DNA from: Ruminococcus albus 7 = DSM 20455
GTDB lineage: Bacteria; Bacillota; Clostridia; Oscillospirales; Ruminococcaceae
Length of the DNA stretch: 32,000 nt
Assembly (NCBI RefSeq): GCF_000179635.2
Contig: NC_014833.1
Coordinates: 2,130,001-2,162,000, forward strand
Direction: 5' to 3'
In this document: positions 18,598 through 27,664 of the stretch, one piece after another
How positions within the stretch are numbered: the stretch's first letter is position 1
Layout of the letters: every line of letters starts with the position of its first letter
Notes under the pieces: generated by a model
Told to the model about the DNA's origin: nothing
Databases searched by the model: none
Seen by the model: the letters and a program-made list of their open reading frames with translations, nothing else
Position numbers and translations under genes: made by a program

Positions 18598-20553
18598 ATG
18601 ACCAGAAAAGCAGCATGGGCAGGTTTTTCATTTTGTGCAGCGCTTATATTGGCTGCAGCTTTCAGAAGCGAAAATAATCTTATTTTTTTGCTGACAGCTT
18701 TCGGACTGGCAGTGATCATTTTTGCTGCACTGAAAAACTTTCGACGACATACCATACTTTGTTTCACGGCTTTTGCAGTTGGTATTGCTGTGAATTCATA
18801 CTACACTTATCATGTGTATAACAGACTTGTTGATCTTGACGGGAAAAAAGTTAACATAAACGGCTATGTAAAGGATATAACTCAGCTGGATGGAAAGTAT
18901 GACAGAGTTACTGTCTGTGGAAAGATCAATAGTTTAAATGCTGAGATATCTTATGTTTTGCCATATGGAGATATCCATTATTACGATGAGATATCAGTAA
19001 CTGATACTGTGAACACTATAGAAGATGGTGTCAGATTTAACAGCGGAAGCTATAATTATTCAAAAAGTGTATTCCTTCAGGGTGGCTATGGAACAGGTAG
19101 CTATGATCTATCAGGAAGATCTGTAAATCCTGTTTTCCGTGGCGTTCGTGAATATCGTGACAAATTATTTGAAAAAATTATGACAGTTTGTCCGAAACGT
19201 GAGGGTGCATTTCTTGGAGCTATGCTTTGCGGTGACAAGAGCGAAATGTCTTCTGCTATGAAAACTGAACTGTACAGAAGCGGTCTTGGACACATATTTG
19301 CGGTATCGGGTATACATCTGGTCATCGCTGCATCTTTATTTGGATATATCATAGGAAAGATCATAAAGGCTAAAAAGGCTGTATTTATACTGACTCTTGC
19401 TGAAATTTGGGGATTTGCTGTATTTGCCGGACTATCTGTAAGTGTAGTCAGGGCTGCAGTTATGATGACCCTTACACGAAGCGGTACTTTCTTCGGAAGA
19501 AAGAGTGACGGATTGAACTCCCTTGGGCTCAGCGCCGTTTTACTGACATTTTTAAAGCCATATACAGCAGTATCTCCATCGTTCATCCTTTCATTTCTTG
19601 CTGTAGCGGCAATAGAACTTGTGCTGATTTCATCTGACCATGAAAATGATAAGGTTGAGATAACAATGAGGCTTTCGGCTTCTGTATTATTTATGACAGC
19701 CCCTGCATCAGCTTTACTGTTTGGTGGTATATCTATAATGTCATTGCTGACCAATCTTTTGCTTGTACCTGTTTGTACGATGTCATTGCAGCTATGCTTT
19801 ATTGTCCTTTTTACAGGAGGAACTTTAGTTTCAACGCCACTGCTTATCGCTGCTGTTCTGCCGGTTAAATTTGTTTTATTCTGCTCGGATAAATTGGCAA
19901 CACTTGATTTCAGTTATGTATTTACTTCTTCGTCAGTAATAACCGGTATTGTCATTGTTTCTTCTGTTTTAATGGTTTTGGTTTGTACACGTTCAAAGGA
20001 GATCAGAAAATTGCTCTTATGTACCTGTACTGTACTGGCTGTATGGTGTGCTTCAGCTAATATAGTTCGTTTTATTGATGATGACTATAAACTGACAATT
20101 CTGCCTGATCGTAAAAGAACAGCTTATATGCTTTCACGACATGGGATCGCCATAATATTTGACGTTGGCTGCAAGGGGAGAATGGACAGTGCTTTGCAGC
20201 ATCAGATGGATAAACTCGGTATACGCGAAATGCCTTACGCATTTATTTCAGAAAATGGAGTAATTACTGCTGCCGGGTATAAAGACGATCTGTATTTAAA
20301 TCCTGATACTGTATTTGTATGTGATGATCTAACAAACAATAACGATAATGGAATAGTCTATCTTGATCATAACAATGATGCAGATACAGGTGATATTAAA
20401 GTAAGATCTGCTGATGGAGGCTTTATTGTAAGGTTTGAAGATAACGATATCTTTTTAGGCAAAGGTAAAGTTGTGATAAACGGAGAAGAAGTCGATATAT
20501 CGACTGAAACTGACGTATTGGAATATGACGGTAAATATTTGAGGAGGCTGTAG
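18598..20553 (+). CDS. comEC: ComEC/Rec2-family DNA internalization channel protein
   Basis: Has an OB-like N-terminal domain and a competence domain (GAMLCGDKSEMS...LYRSGLGHIFAVSGIHL) with many TM helices. The C-terminal domain lacks HxHxDH (see finding). Confidence 0.85.
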   Translation: MTRKAAWAGFSFCAALILAAAFRSENNLIFLLTAFGLAVIIFAALKNFRRHTILCFTAFAVGIAVNSYYTYHVYNRLVDLDGKKVNINGYVKDITQLDGKYDRVTVCGKINSLNAEISYVLPYGDIHYYDEISVTDTVNTIEDGVRFNSGSYNYSKSVFLQGGYGTGSYDLSGRSVNPVFRGVREYRDKLFEKIMTVCPKREGAFLGAMLCGDKSEMSSAMKTELYRSGLGHIFAVSGIHLVIAASLFGYIIGKIIKAKKAVFILTLAEIWGFAVFAGLSVSVVRAAVMMTLTRSGTFFGRKSDGLNSLGLSAVLLTFLKPYTAVSPSFILSFLAVAAIELVLISSDHENDKVEITMRLSASVLFMTAPASALLFGGISIMSLLTNLLLVPVCTMSLQLCFIVLFTGGTLVSTPLLIAAVLPVKFVLFCSDKLATLDFSYVFTSSSVITGIVIVSSVLMVLVCTRSKEIRKLLLCTCTVLAVWCASANIVRFIDDDYKLTILPDRKRTAYMLSRHGIAIIFDVGCKGRMDSALQHQMDKLGIREMPYAFISENGVITAAGYKDDLYLNPDTVFVCDDLTNNNDNGIVYLDHNNDADTGDIKVRSADGGFIVRFEDNDIFLGKGKVVINGEEVDISTETDVLEYDGKYLRRL

Positions 20554-20554
20554 T

Positions 20555-21622
20555 ATGCCTGTCAGTAATACATCTAGCATAACAAAGGATATAAAGAACG
20601 GTGAGGCTGCAAGCCTTTACTATTTCTACGGACATGATACTGCATCAATAGAAAGCTTCGTTCGCTGGCTGATAAACAAGTTATGCCCGAAAGATGCACA
20701 GTTCATGAATTTCCATAAATTTGAAGGCAAGGGGCTGGATATTCCTTCACTGATAGATGCCTGCGAGGCTCTTCCGATGTTCGCAGAACGTGTTGTTATT
20801 GCCATCAATGATCTGAGAATGGAAGATATTTCCAAAGAGGATGGCGACTCTTTAAGAAAGATAGTTTCAAATCTTTCTGAGACTACAACTGTTATAATCT
20901 ATTCTACAGGTGTCGATCTTTATAAAAACAAAAGGAATCTTACAGATAAAAATAAAAGATTTTGTGATTACTGCGCAAAGTATGGTGATGTTGTTGATTT
21001 TGCTTACAAGACTGCAAGTGAGCTCGGGCGTTCTATTGCGGCTGCTTTACAGAAAAACGGTTGTGCTATAGATAAGCGTACTGCTGAATATCTTGCCGAA
21101 TGCTGTGGCTGTGATTCTGCATACATAAAGCAGGAGATAGATAAACTTTCAGCTTATGCTAAGGGCAGGAGCATCACAAAAGATGATATTGATACTATCT
21201 GTGTAAAACACATTGAATCTGACGGATACGAGCTTGCTGTAAATATCCTTAATAATAATGCGAAATATGTGTACAACCGTCTATCCGAGCTTGCAAAACA
21301 AGATTATGATGCTTATGAGATCGTAAGCATCATAGGTTTTTCTCTTACAGATATCTACCGTGCTAAGCTTGCAAGATCATCCGGTCTGAGCCACTCCGAT
21401 GCTTGTAGGGATTTCGGATATGCAAAAAACAGAGAGTTTGCAGTTAAAAAGGCATATCAGATATGCGGCGGTATATCACTGCATAAGATCAGGGAGGTAC
21501 TTCGTATCATGTCTGATACAGATCTTACGATGAAAACAACCTCACTTGATAAAAAAAGCGCAATGCTTGTGTTGGAGCAACGTGTTGCAGAATGCTTTAT
21601 GGCAGGGAACGGCAGGGTATGA
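20555..21622 (+). CDS. holA: DNA polymerase III subunit delta
   Basis: 355 aa. ...LYYFYGHD..., a clamp-loader delta-like fold. It has the classical position directly after comEC, with a 1 nt gap. Confidence 0.8.
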   Translation: MPVSNTSSITKDIKNGEAASLYYFYGHDTASIESFVRWLINKLCPKDAQFMNFHKFEGKGLDIPSLIDACEALPMFAERVVIAINDLRMEDISKEDGDSLRKIVSNLSETTTVIIYSTGVDLYKNKRNLTDKNKRFCDYCAKYGDVVDFAYKTASELGRSIAAALQKNGCAIDKRTAEYLAECCGCDSAYIKQEIDKLSAYAKGRSITKDDIDTICVKHIESDGYELAVNILNNNAKYVYNRLSELAKQDYDAYEIVSIIGFSLTDIYRAKLARSSGLSHSDACRDFGYAKNREFAVKKAYQICGGISLHKIREVLRIMSDTDLTMKTTSLDKKSAMLVLEQRVAECFMAGNGRV

Positions 21623-21626
21623 TTGT

Positions 21627-22226
21627 ATGGAAAAGATAAAACTTAGACAAGCGGTCGTTGTGGAAGGGAAGTATGACAAGATCGCTTTGAAAAACGTCAT
21701 AGACGGTGTTATAATAACCACAGACGGATTTGGAGTTTACAGGAGCGAGGATAAGGTCAAACTTATACAGATGTATGCCAATAGTGTAGGACTTATCATT
21801 CTTACAGATTCTGATACAGCAGGTCAGCAAATACGCGGACGTATCAAGAGTATAGTCGGAGATGCCAAGATCATCAATGTTTACTGTCCTGTTATTTTTG
21901 GCAAAGAGAAACGTAAAACTCATGCTTCAAAGGAAGGTAAACTTGGTGTTGAGGGAATGAGTGTTGATGTACTGAGGGAAGCCTTTGAAAAAGCCGGGCT
22001 CAATAGTGATGAAGAAATAATCCGTGAACCTGTAACTAAGCAGGATATGATAGCTCTCGGATTAAATGGATGTGAAAACAGCTCGGTACTTAGAAAAAAA
22101 ACCGCCCTTTCTCTTGGATTACCCGAGAATCTTTCCTCAAATGCATTGAGGGATGCTGTCAGTACTCTTATGGGGCGCGAAGCATTTATAAATTATATCA
22201 ATAAACTGAAAGGGGAGGGAGAATGA
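21627..22226 (+). CDS. Toprim domain protein, RNase M5-like (DUF4093-type)
   Basis: AVVVEGKYDKIAL...LIILTDSDTAGQQIRGRI are Toprim E and DxD motifs. The ATG at 21627 lies 4 nt after the holA stop. Confidence 0.75.
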   Translation: MEKIKLRQAVVVEGKYDKIALKNVIDGVIITTDGFGVYRSEDKVKLIQMYANSVGLIILTDSDTAGQQIRGRIKSIVGDAKIINVYCPVIFGKEKRKTHASKEGKLGVEGMSVDVLREAFEKAGLNSDEEIIREPVTKQDMIALGLNGCENSSVLRKKTALSLGLPENLSSNALRDAVSTLMGREAFINYINKLKGEGE

Positions 22227-23599
22227 GCGATCTTAGCTTTTTATATTTTTTCCTGCCTGTTTTTATGGGGCTTTATCTTATCATACCTAAAGGATTGAAA
22301 GGCAAACTTGTCCTGGTGGCAGGTGCCGGTTTGATATTCTGTGCTGATCCTGTCGGACTTATCCCAATGGGTGTATGCATACTCAGCGGATATCTGTTCG
22401 GAATATTCATACATAATTTCAGAGATAAAGCGATCAGCAAATTAATTCTGGTTTTGGAGATAGCTGTCAATGCAGCTGCCTTTCTGCTTTTTCACAGATC
22501 CGCTTTTGATGGTTCCGATTTTATGGCTTTGATTGGACAGCGATCCTTGGTTAAAAGTGCTTCAGTGATAGGAGTTTCCGTAATGCCGCTGCATTCGATC
22601 GCATATTGCGTTGATATTTTCAAAAAGAAATATGTATGTGAACATCGCTTCACAACTGTTGCGGAATATATTGCTTTCTTCCCGTCATTTGCAGCTGGAC
22701 CGATACTGAGTTTTGATAAAATAAGGAATAAGCTCGAAGAACCAAAACCTGATTTTGATAAATGTGCCAACGGTGTACGGCTATTGATGTCAGGTATTAT
22801 AATGAAACTGTTTATATCTAATTCGATGATCGAGCTTTGGCATGATGTTACGGATATACCTGTGAACGATCTTCCGATGTTATCAGCTTGGCTTGGATCG
22901 TTGGCGTTTACGCTCTTTTTCTATTTTGAAGTGTGTGCTTTCAATTATATAGCATGCGGAACTGCATCAATGATGGGAATTGAGTTATCAAACGGTTTCC
23001 GTGGGGCAGCAAATTCGTATAGTTTCAGGGCACTTGGAAGACGCATGAATCCTTCGCTGTACTTCTGGTCAAGAAATTATATTTACCGTAATATAAGACA
23101 TGAGGGAAACTGTTTCTCGGAATTTGCAGCTATAATGATATCTGTGATAGCAACTATGCTGTGGTATGGAACGTCCCTGCGAAATATCATATTTGCCTCT
23201 GCGGTGATAATTATACTGTGTCTTGAAAAAATATTGGAAACTCCTCTAATAAAACTTCCTGAGTTTTTACGTTCTATACTGGTATTATTTCTCATGATCG
23301 TAATTATGCCGTTCATGGCTTTTTCGGATTTTAAAGAAGCACAGGATTTTATAGGTGTAATGTTTGGTGCCGGTAATTCAGCAATTGATACTGTTTCAGG
23401 TTACCTTCTGGGAGCTTATTCGTTTGTTCTTATTACAGGGATCATTATTATGTTTGGTTTATTGGGATATCTGATGCGAAAAAAGGTATTTAACAACGAG
23501 TATCTAAGAACTATTATCCAGCCTGTCTGGGTTATCGCGTTGCTTATAATATGCACAGCTTTTTTAGTTTCAGGCGAAAACTGTAATTATTTGTTCTAG
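22223..23599 (+). CDS. MBOAT family O-acyltransferase (AlgI/DltB-like), with non-canonical active-site motif
   Basis: Polytopic protein with ...HSIAYCVDIF..., ...FFPSFAAGPI..., ...RRMNPSLYFWSRNYIY (canonical RRWHxSLxxWxRDYxY). The start overlaps the previous stop (ATGA). Confidence 0.8.
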   Translation: MSDLSFLYFFLPVFMGLYLIIPKGLKGKLVLVAGAGLIFCADPVGLIPMGVCILSGYLFGIFIHNFRDKAISKLILVLEIAVNAAAFLLFHRSAFDGSDFMALIGQRSLVKSASVIGVSVMPLHSIAYCVDIFKKKYVCEHRFTTVAEYIAFFPSFAAGPILSFDKIRNKLEEPKPDFDKCANGVRLLMSGIIMKLFISNSMIELWHDVTDIPVNDLPMLSAWLGSLAFTLFFYFEVCAFNYIACGTASMMGIELSNGFRGAANSYSFRALGRRMNPSLYFWSRNYIYRNIRHEGNCFSEFAAIMISVIATMLWYGTSLRNIIFASAVIIILCLEKILETPLIKLPEFLRSILVLFLMIVIMPFMAFSDFKEAQDFIGVMFGAGNSAIDTVSGYLLGAYSFVLITGIIIMFGLLGYLMRKKVFNNEYLRTIIQPVWVIALLIICTAFLVSGENCNYLF

Positions 23600-23602
23600 G
23601 AG

Positions 23603-24715
23603 GTGAGATGGTTGAAAAAATTTTCTGATTCTATTACAGTAGTTGCATTTTTTGCTATACTGATCATGTTTGCAGTCAGTATATTATTTTTTCAGGGAAA
23701 TATCTCTTTTTCTGAACTTAAAGCAGGGGCTGATTCAACTATAGAAGCTTGTACAGAATATGTTGAACAGAATTTTCCAATGAGGTCAAACTGGAGAACG
23801 ATGTATACCAACATAATGATATGCTCCGGAAAAAGGAGATTTGGAGATACATTTTTCACAGGCAACAGGCTAGTCAGACTGAATGATATTCATAGTGAGG
23901 ACAAAAAGATCGAGAATGTGGCTCATATAAATGAGCTTGCAGCTAATACCGATCGTCCAATATATATGATGCTTGTGCCAACGGCAGCAGGTGTATACAG
24001 TGCTGATATTCCCGAAATTTCTGACAGCAGAGATCAGCGCGAAAGTATAAATGAAGCATATATGCAGCTTGATAAACAAATCATTTCTATTGATGCTTTC
24101 TACCCTCTGTATTCCGCAAGAGATGAATATGTTTACTATCGAACTGAAGATCAGTGGACTAGCTTCGGAGCATATTATGCATACACAGAATCTTTAAAAG
24201 CGCTGGGTTTTTCTGCTGTCACACTTGACAATTACGATCAGGAGTATGCCGATGCGAATTTCAAAGGAGAACTTTACGATAATTTAATGGCCAGCGTACT
24301 GGAGCCGGATAGAATAAATATATTCAGATCAAAGTATCAGAGCCCAGTAACTAAGGTCGAGATGTTCGGAGAAACAGAAAAGAAAGAAGCTGAATCTGTA
24401 TATTTCAGATCTGCACTTAAAAGTTCAAAAAAGACAGATATTTTTCTTTTTGGTAACAGATATATAAAAACAGATGTGTATACTAAGCTGAATGATGCTC
24501 CCAAGCTACTGATAATTAAAGGTGGCTATGCAAATGCGATACTTCCTTTCTATACCGCTCATTACAGCAAGATAACTATGGTCGATCCCAATAAACTCAA
24601 ACGAGCAGATATGAAGCTTTCTGAAGTAGTAGATACTGATGACTATGATCAGATCCTGGTTATATTTGATATTGACAGCTTTTCAAGCGCAGGATACTTC
24701 GATACACTTCAATAA
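23603..24715 (+). CDS. DHHW-family (AlgX/AlgJ-like SGNH) protein partner of MBOAT, motif variant EDQW
   Basis: Has an N-terminal TM anchor. YYRTEDQWTSFGAYYAY aligns with the family's YYxTDHHWTxxGAYxAY. The start is uncertain: GTG at 23603, or TTG at 23612 lying 8 nt after the GGAGG at 23599-23603. Confidence 0.7.
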   Translation: MRWLKKFSDSITVVAFFAILIMFAVSILFFQGNISFSELKAGADSTIEACTEYVEQNFPMRSNWRTMYTNIMICSGKRRFGDTFFTGNRLVRLNDIHSEDKKIENVAHINELAANTDRPIYMMLVPTAAGVYSADIPEISDSRDQRESINEAYMQLDKQIISIDAFYPLYSARDEYVYYRTEDQWTSFGAYYAYTESLKALGFSAVTLDNYDQEYADANFKGELYDNLMASVLEPDRINIFRSKYQSPVTKVEMFGETEKKEAESVYFRSALKSSKKTDIFLFGNRYIKTDVYTKLNDAPKLLIIKGGYANAILPFYTAHYSKITMVDPNKLKRADMKLSEVVDTDDYDQILVIFDIDSFSSAGYFDTLQ

Positions 24716-24795
24716 CTTCTGATCGGTTTTACAGTATACGTTTTAATGTGAATACCTTATTTTATCATACAGTGTGAAAAAATTTATTATACCAC

Positions 24796-24824
24796 TTGAC
24801 TTATTTGTATTAATGTTGTATAAT
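24796..24824 (+). promoter_or_regulatory. sigma-A promoter of the lipoprotein gene
   Basis: TTGACT (24796-24801), 17 nt, TATAAT (24819-24824) with an upstream TG. Confidence 0.7.
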
Positions 24825-24879
24825 ATATTAGTTAAAGTCTGTTTTCACATAATAAAACAGGAAAGGATCTGGAATTGAT

Positions 24880-26172
24880 ATGAATAAATTCAAAAAAGCG
24901 CTGGCTGCAATTTCGGCAGCAGCTATGATGTTTACCATGTCGGGTTGTTCCGATACGAGATATGCCATGACCTATAAGGGCGGCGAGAAAGTTAATGCAG
25001 GTGTATATATATACAATCTGTATACTGAACTTTCTTATGAGCTAACAATGGCATATTATTCAACAGGTACGGCGACTATCGATCTTAACAGCGATAAGGA
25101 TGGTCAGAAGCTTTGTGATTATCTCGTTGAGCAGGCAAGAAAAAATACAAAAGAATGTGTTGCAATCACCAATAAGTTCGATGAACTGGGATTGAAGCTT
25201 ACTGATGAAGAGATTCAGCAGGTAAATGACAGTGTTAAGAGTATATGGGATGCAAGCGGTGACCTTATGGAAGCTGAAGGTATTTCCAGGGAGTCTATTA
25301 AGACTGTTATTATGTCGCAGACCATGCGCACAAGGCTGTTTGATTACTACTATGCTGCTGACGGCAAGGAAGCTGTAACAGATGCTGACCTTAAGAAGTA
25401 TATAGAAGATAACTATATAAGATATAAAGCTATAAGGATCTCTAAATCCAATGCTGAGGATGCTGAAGAAGCTGATAAGGAAAATAAGGAGAATGAAGCT
25501 ATAAGAGATGAGTATCTCGCTAAGGCTGAAGGACTTTCCTATGATGAATTTGATGCCCTTATAGATGAATATAATGCATATGCTGCGGCTAAGTATGAAG
25601 CTGAAACTTCAGCTGAGGAAGACAGTACTGAACCTGCTGATGATATTGTAGGTCCTGTTCCTACACAGGAAACCGCAACTGAAGTAGATGCACCTGAGGA
25701 CAGCGCTGCAGAAGATGATTCAGCTGATGAAACAGAAGGTTTTGAAAAAGCAGATGTACTGGATGACACCGATGATGCTGTAGAATTTGATGATATAGCT
25801 ACTTCCGATGAAGATACTGCTACCAATTCAAATGACACGATGTTTGATTTCGGCGGTATGGAAGATGATATGAAGGATTCCGTTTCCGGAAAGCTCGCTG
25901 CATTCATAAATGATATGGAAGTCGGAAAAGTTGCTGCATACGATGATGACTCGTTCTATTACATTATAATCAAAGGTGATGTAAAAGAGAACAGCGAGAA
26001 GTATGCAAAGGATAATCGCGATACTCTTGTTCAGACATTGAAGGCTGATGATTACCAGGCTAAGATCGACAGCTGGGTAGATGAGCTCGACATAACTGAG
26101 AATTCTGACGTTATAAAGAAGTTCACAGCTAAGGTTGTATATGACAAGCAGAATGAGTTCTACTCTAAATAA
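24880..26172 (+). CDS. secreted lipoprotein with SurA/PrsA-N-terminal-like helical region and long acidic low-complexity insert
   Basis: Signal peptide plus lipobox MMFTMSGC. The central D/E/A/T-rich stretch spans aa ~230-325. No parvulin motif recognised. Confidence 0.7.
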   Translation: MNKFKKALAAISAAAMMFTMSGCSDTRYAMTYKGGEKVNAGVYIYNLYTELSYELTMAYYSTGTATIDLNSDKDGQKLCDYLVEQARKNTKECVAITNKFDELGLKLTDEEIQQVNDSVKSIWDASGDLMEAEGISRESIKTVIMSQTMRTRLFDYYYAADGKEAVTDADLKKYIEDNYIRYKAIRISKSNAEDAEEADKENKENEAIRDEYLAKAEGLSYDEFDALIDEYNAYAAAKYEAETSAEEDSTEPADDIVGPVPTQETATEVDAPEDSAAEDDSADETEGFEKADVLDDTDDAVEFDDIATSDEDTATNSNDTMFDFGGMEDDMKDSVSGKLAAFINDMEVGKVAAYDDDSFYYIIIKGDVKENSEKYAKDNRDTLVQTLKADDYQAKIDSWVDELDITENSDVIKKFTAKVVYDKQNEFYSK

Positions 26173-26236
26173 GCTTCATAATGAAGCACAGGTATCATCA
26201 AGACGGATACTAATTAAGAAATATTAATACTTAGAA

Positions 26237-26280
26237 AAAGGACTGTGTAACCTCGAAAGGTTGCGCAGTCCTTTTATTTG
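26237..26280 (+). terminator. strong rho-independent terminator; last clearly core feature
   Basis: Stem aaaggactgtgtaacc / ggttgcgcagtccttt followed by tatttg. Confidence 0.85.
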
Positions 26281-26288
26281 ATCGTATT

Positions 26289-26723
26289 TTATACTGTCAA
26301 CGACAACATTCCTAAGGTCAACAGTATGATACGGAGCTCGCCGTCACCGTCAAATGTCCTGATGTTGTCGTTGATGAAGAAAACCTCCACACCCAGCCTT
26401 TTCAGGTCACGGGTGTATTGCAGAGTGTCCACTGTGTTTCGTGCGAAACGTGATACCTCACGGGTCAGTATCAGATTGAAGTCGCCGTTCTTTGCATCAC
26501 TGAGCATCTGCATGAACTGCGGACGTTTCTTTGCCGAAGTTCCCGTGATACCCTCGTCAACATAACTGCGGACGAATGTCCATTCAGGATGCTGTTCAAG
26601 CAATGGCTTGTACCAGTCCAGTTGATTCTCCAGAGCCGAAAGCTGAGCTTCGTGCTCGGTGGAAACTCTCGCATAAATGACCACATTCTTCGGCACAGCC
26701 ACCGCATTATATCCGTACATCAT
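26289..26723 (-). pseudogene. large serine recombinase truncated to the N-terminal catalytic (resolvase) domain
   Basis: VVIYARVSTEHEAQLSALENQ...DEGITGTSAKKRPQF...LILTREVSRFARNTVDTL... ends at ...DGELR and then runs 13 unrelated codons to a stop. The recombinase and zinc-ribbon domains (~350-400 aa) are missing. Confidence 0.8.
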
Positions 26724-26935
26724 ACCGCCTCCTTATCTTCTGTGTTTGGTATAGTATAGCGCGCATCTGCAACCTTGTCAAGGCCTTTGCCGTAATACTC
26801 ATTACAGATATTGCGGTAAACGTGTTTGGGTATCTCACCCTGTTCGTACAGCAGACTGATGAGCTTCAAAGCCGCCACGATCTCCTGTTTGGTTGCGTTC
26901 TGTGTGACATTCTTTTTATTTTTCTCAGATGTCAT
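26720..26935 (-). CDS. small SHOCT-like protein translationally coupled to the recombinase
   Basis: 71 aa. EIVAALKLISLLYEQGEIPKHVY resembles the SHOCT motif. GGAGGG lies 7 nt upstream. Its stop overlaps the recombinase ATG (ATGA). Confidence 0.55.
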   Translation of the reverse strand: MTSEKNKKNVTQNATKQEIVAALKLISLLYEQGEIPKHVYRNICNEYYGKGLDKVADARYTIPNTEDKEAV

Positions 26936-27107
26936 TTTGTCCCTCCATAGCAGGTACTTCCCCTGCTTTCTATCTTTTTATATTTCTGTTTTTCTGCCGA
27001 ATTCCATCGGCTGATAATATTTTAGCGCGCAACGAAATTAAAAGTCCAGATTCATTGCGCACGAATTTTAGGTCGAATTTCAGTTTTCCCCGGTGTAATT
27101 TGCACTG

Positions 27108-27146
27108 GAAAAATGAAAAGCACCGAGCTGATCAATGCTCAGTGCT
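27108..27146 (-). terminator. rho-independent terminator after ogt
   Basis: Minus strand reads gcactgagc...gctcggtgc followed by ttttcattttt. Confidence 0.7.
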
Positions 27147-27162
27147 TCAGTGAATTATTCGA

Positions 27163-27654
27163 TTATTGTTTTTCCAGTTTCAGCAATTCTATCTTTCTAT
27201 CAAGACCGCCTGCGTATCCGGTCAGACTTCCGTACGCACCGATTACTCTGTGACACGGGATAATGATCGAGACAGGATTATGCCCCACAGCACCGCCAAC
27301 TGCCTGGGCGGACATACGCTCCACACCATTCTGCTCTGCTATGATATTGGCGATCTCGCCATAGGTCATTGTCTGTCCATATAGTATCGTAAGTAGAATA
27401 TCATATACCGCCTTGCGCAACGGTGTTGTATTCAGGTTGATAGGAGGAATGAAGTCGGGAATGTTGCCGCTGAAATATATGTCGAGCCATTTGACTGTCT
27501 GCTTGAAGATAGGCAGCTCTGATTCGATGCTTTCCGATATGAGTTTATGGGGAAAGTATTTCTGTTCGTCGAACCATAAGCCTGTGAGTGATTCGCCGTC
27601 ACTGGCGAGGGCGATAACACCTAGGGGAGAATGATAATGATAGATATAGTCCAT
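27163..27654 (-). CDS. ogt: methylated-DNA--protein-cysteine methyltransferase
   Basis: The active site IPCHRV is present, followed by ...GSLTGYAGGL..K..LL..E. Start chosen at MDYIYHY (27654), because the longer ORF would overlap the upstream gene. Confidence 0.9.
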   Translation of the reverse strand: MDYIYHYHSPLGVIALASDGESLTGLWFDEQKYFPHKLISESIESELPIFKQTVKWLDIYFSGNIPDFIPPINLNTTPLRKAVYDILLTILYGQTMTYGEIANIIAEQNGVERMSAQAVGGAVGHNPVSIIIPCHRVIGAYGSLTGYAGGLDRKIELLKLEKQ

Positions 27655-27664
27655 AGTTATTTGA

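Noticed and set aside
26278-26565. 95 aa plus-strand ORF opposite the recombinase fragment
   Set aside because: It is antisense to a segment with clear serine-recombinase homology, it starts inside the terminator, and it has no RBS.
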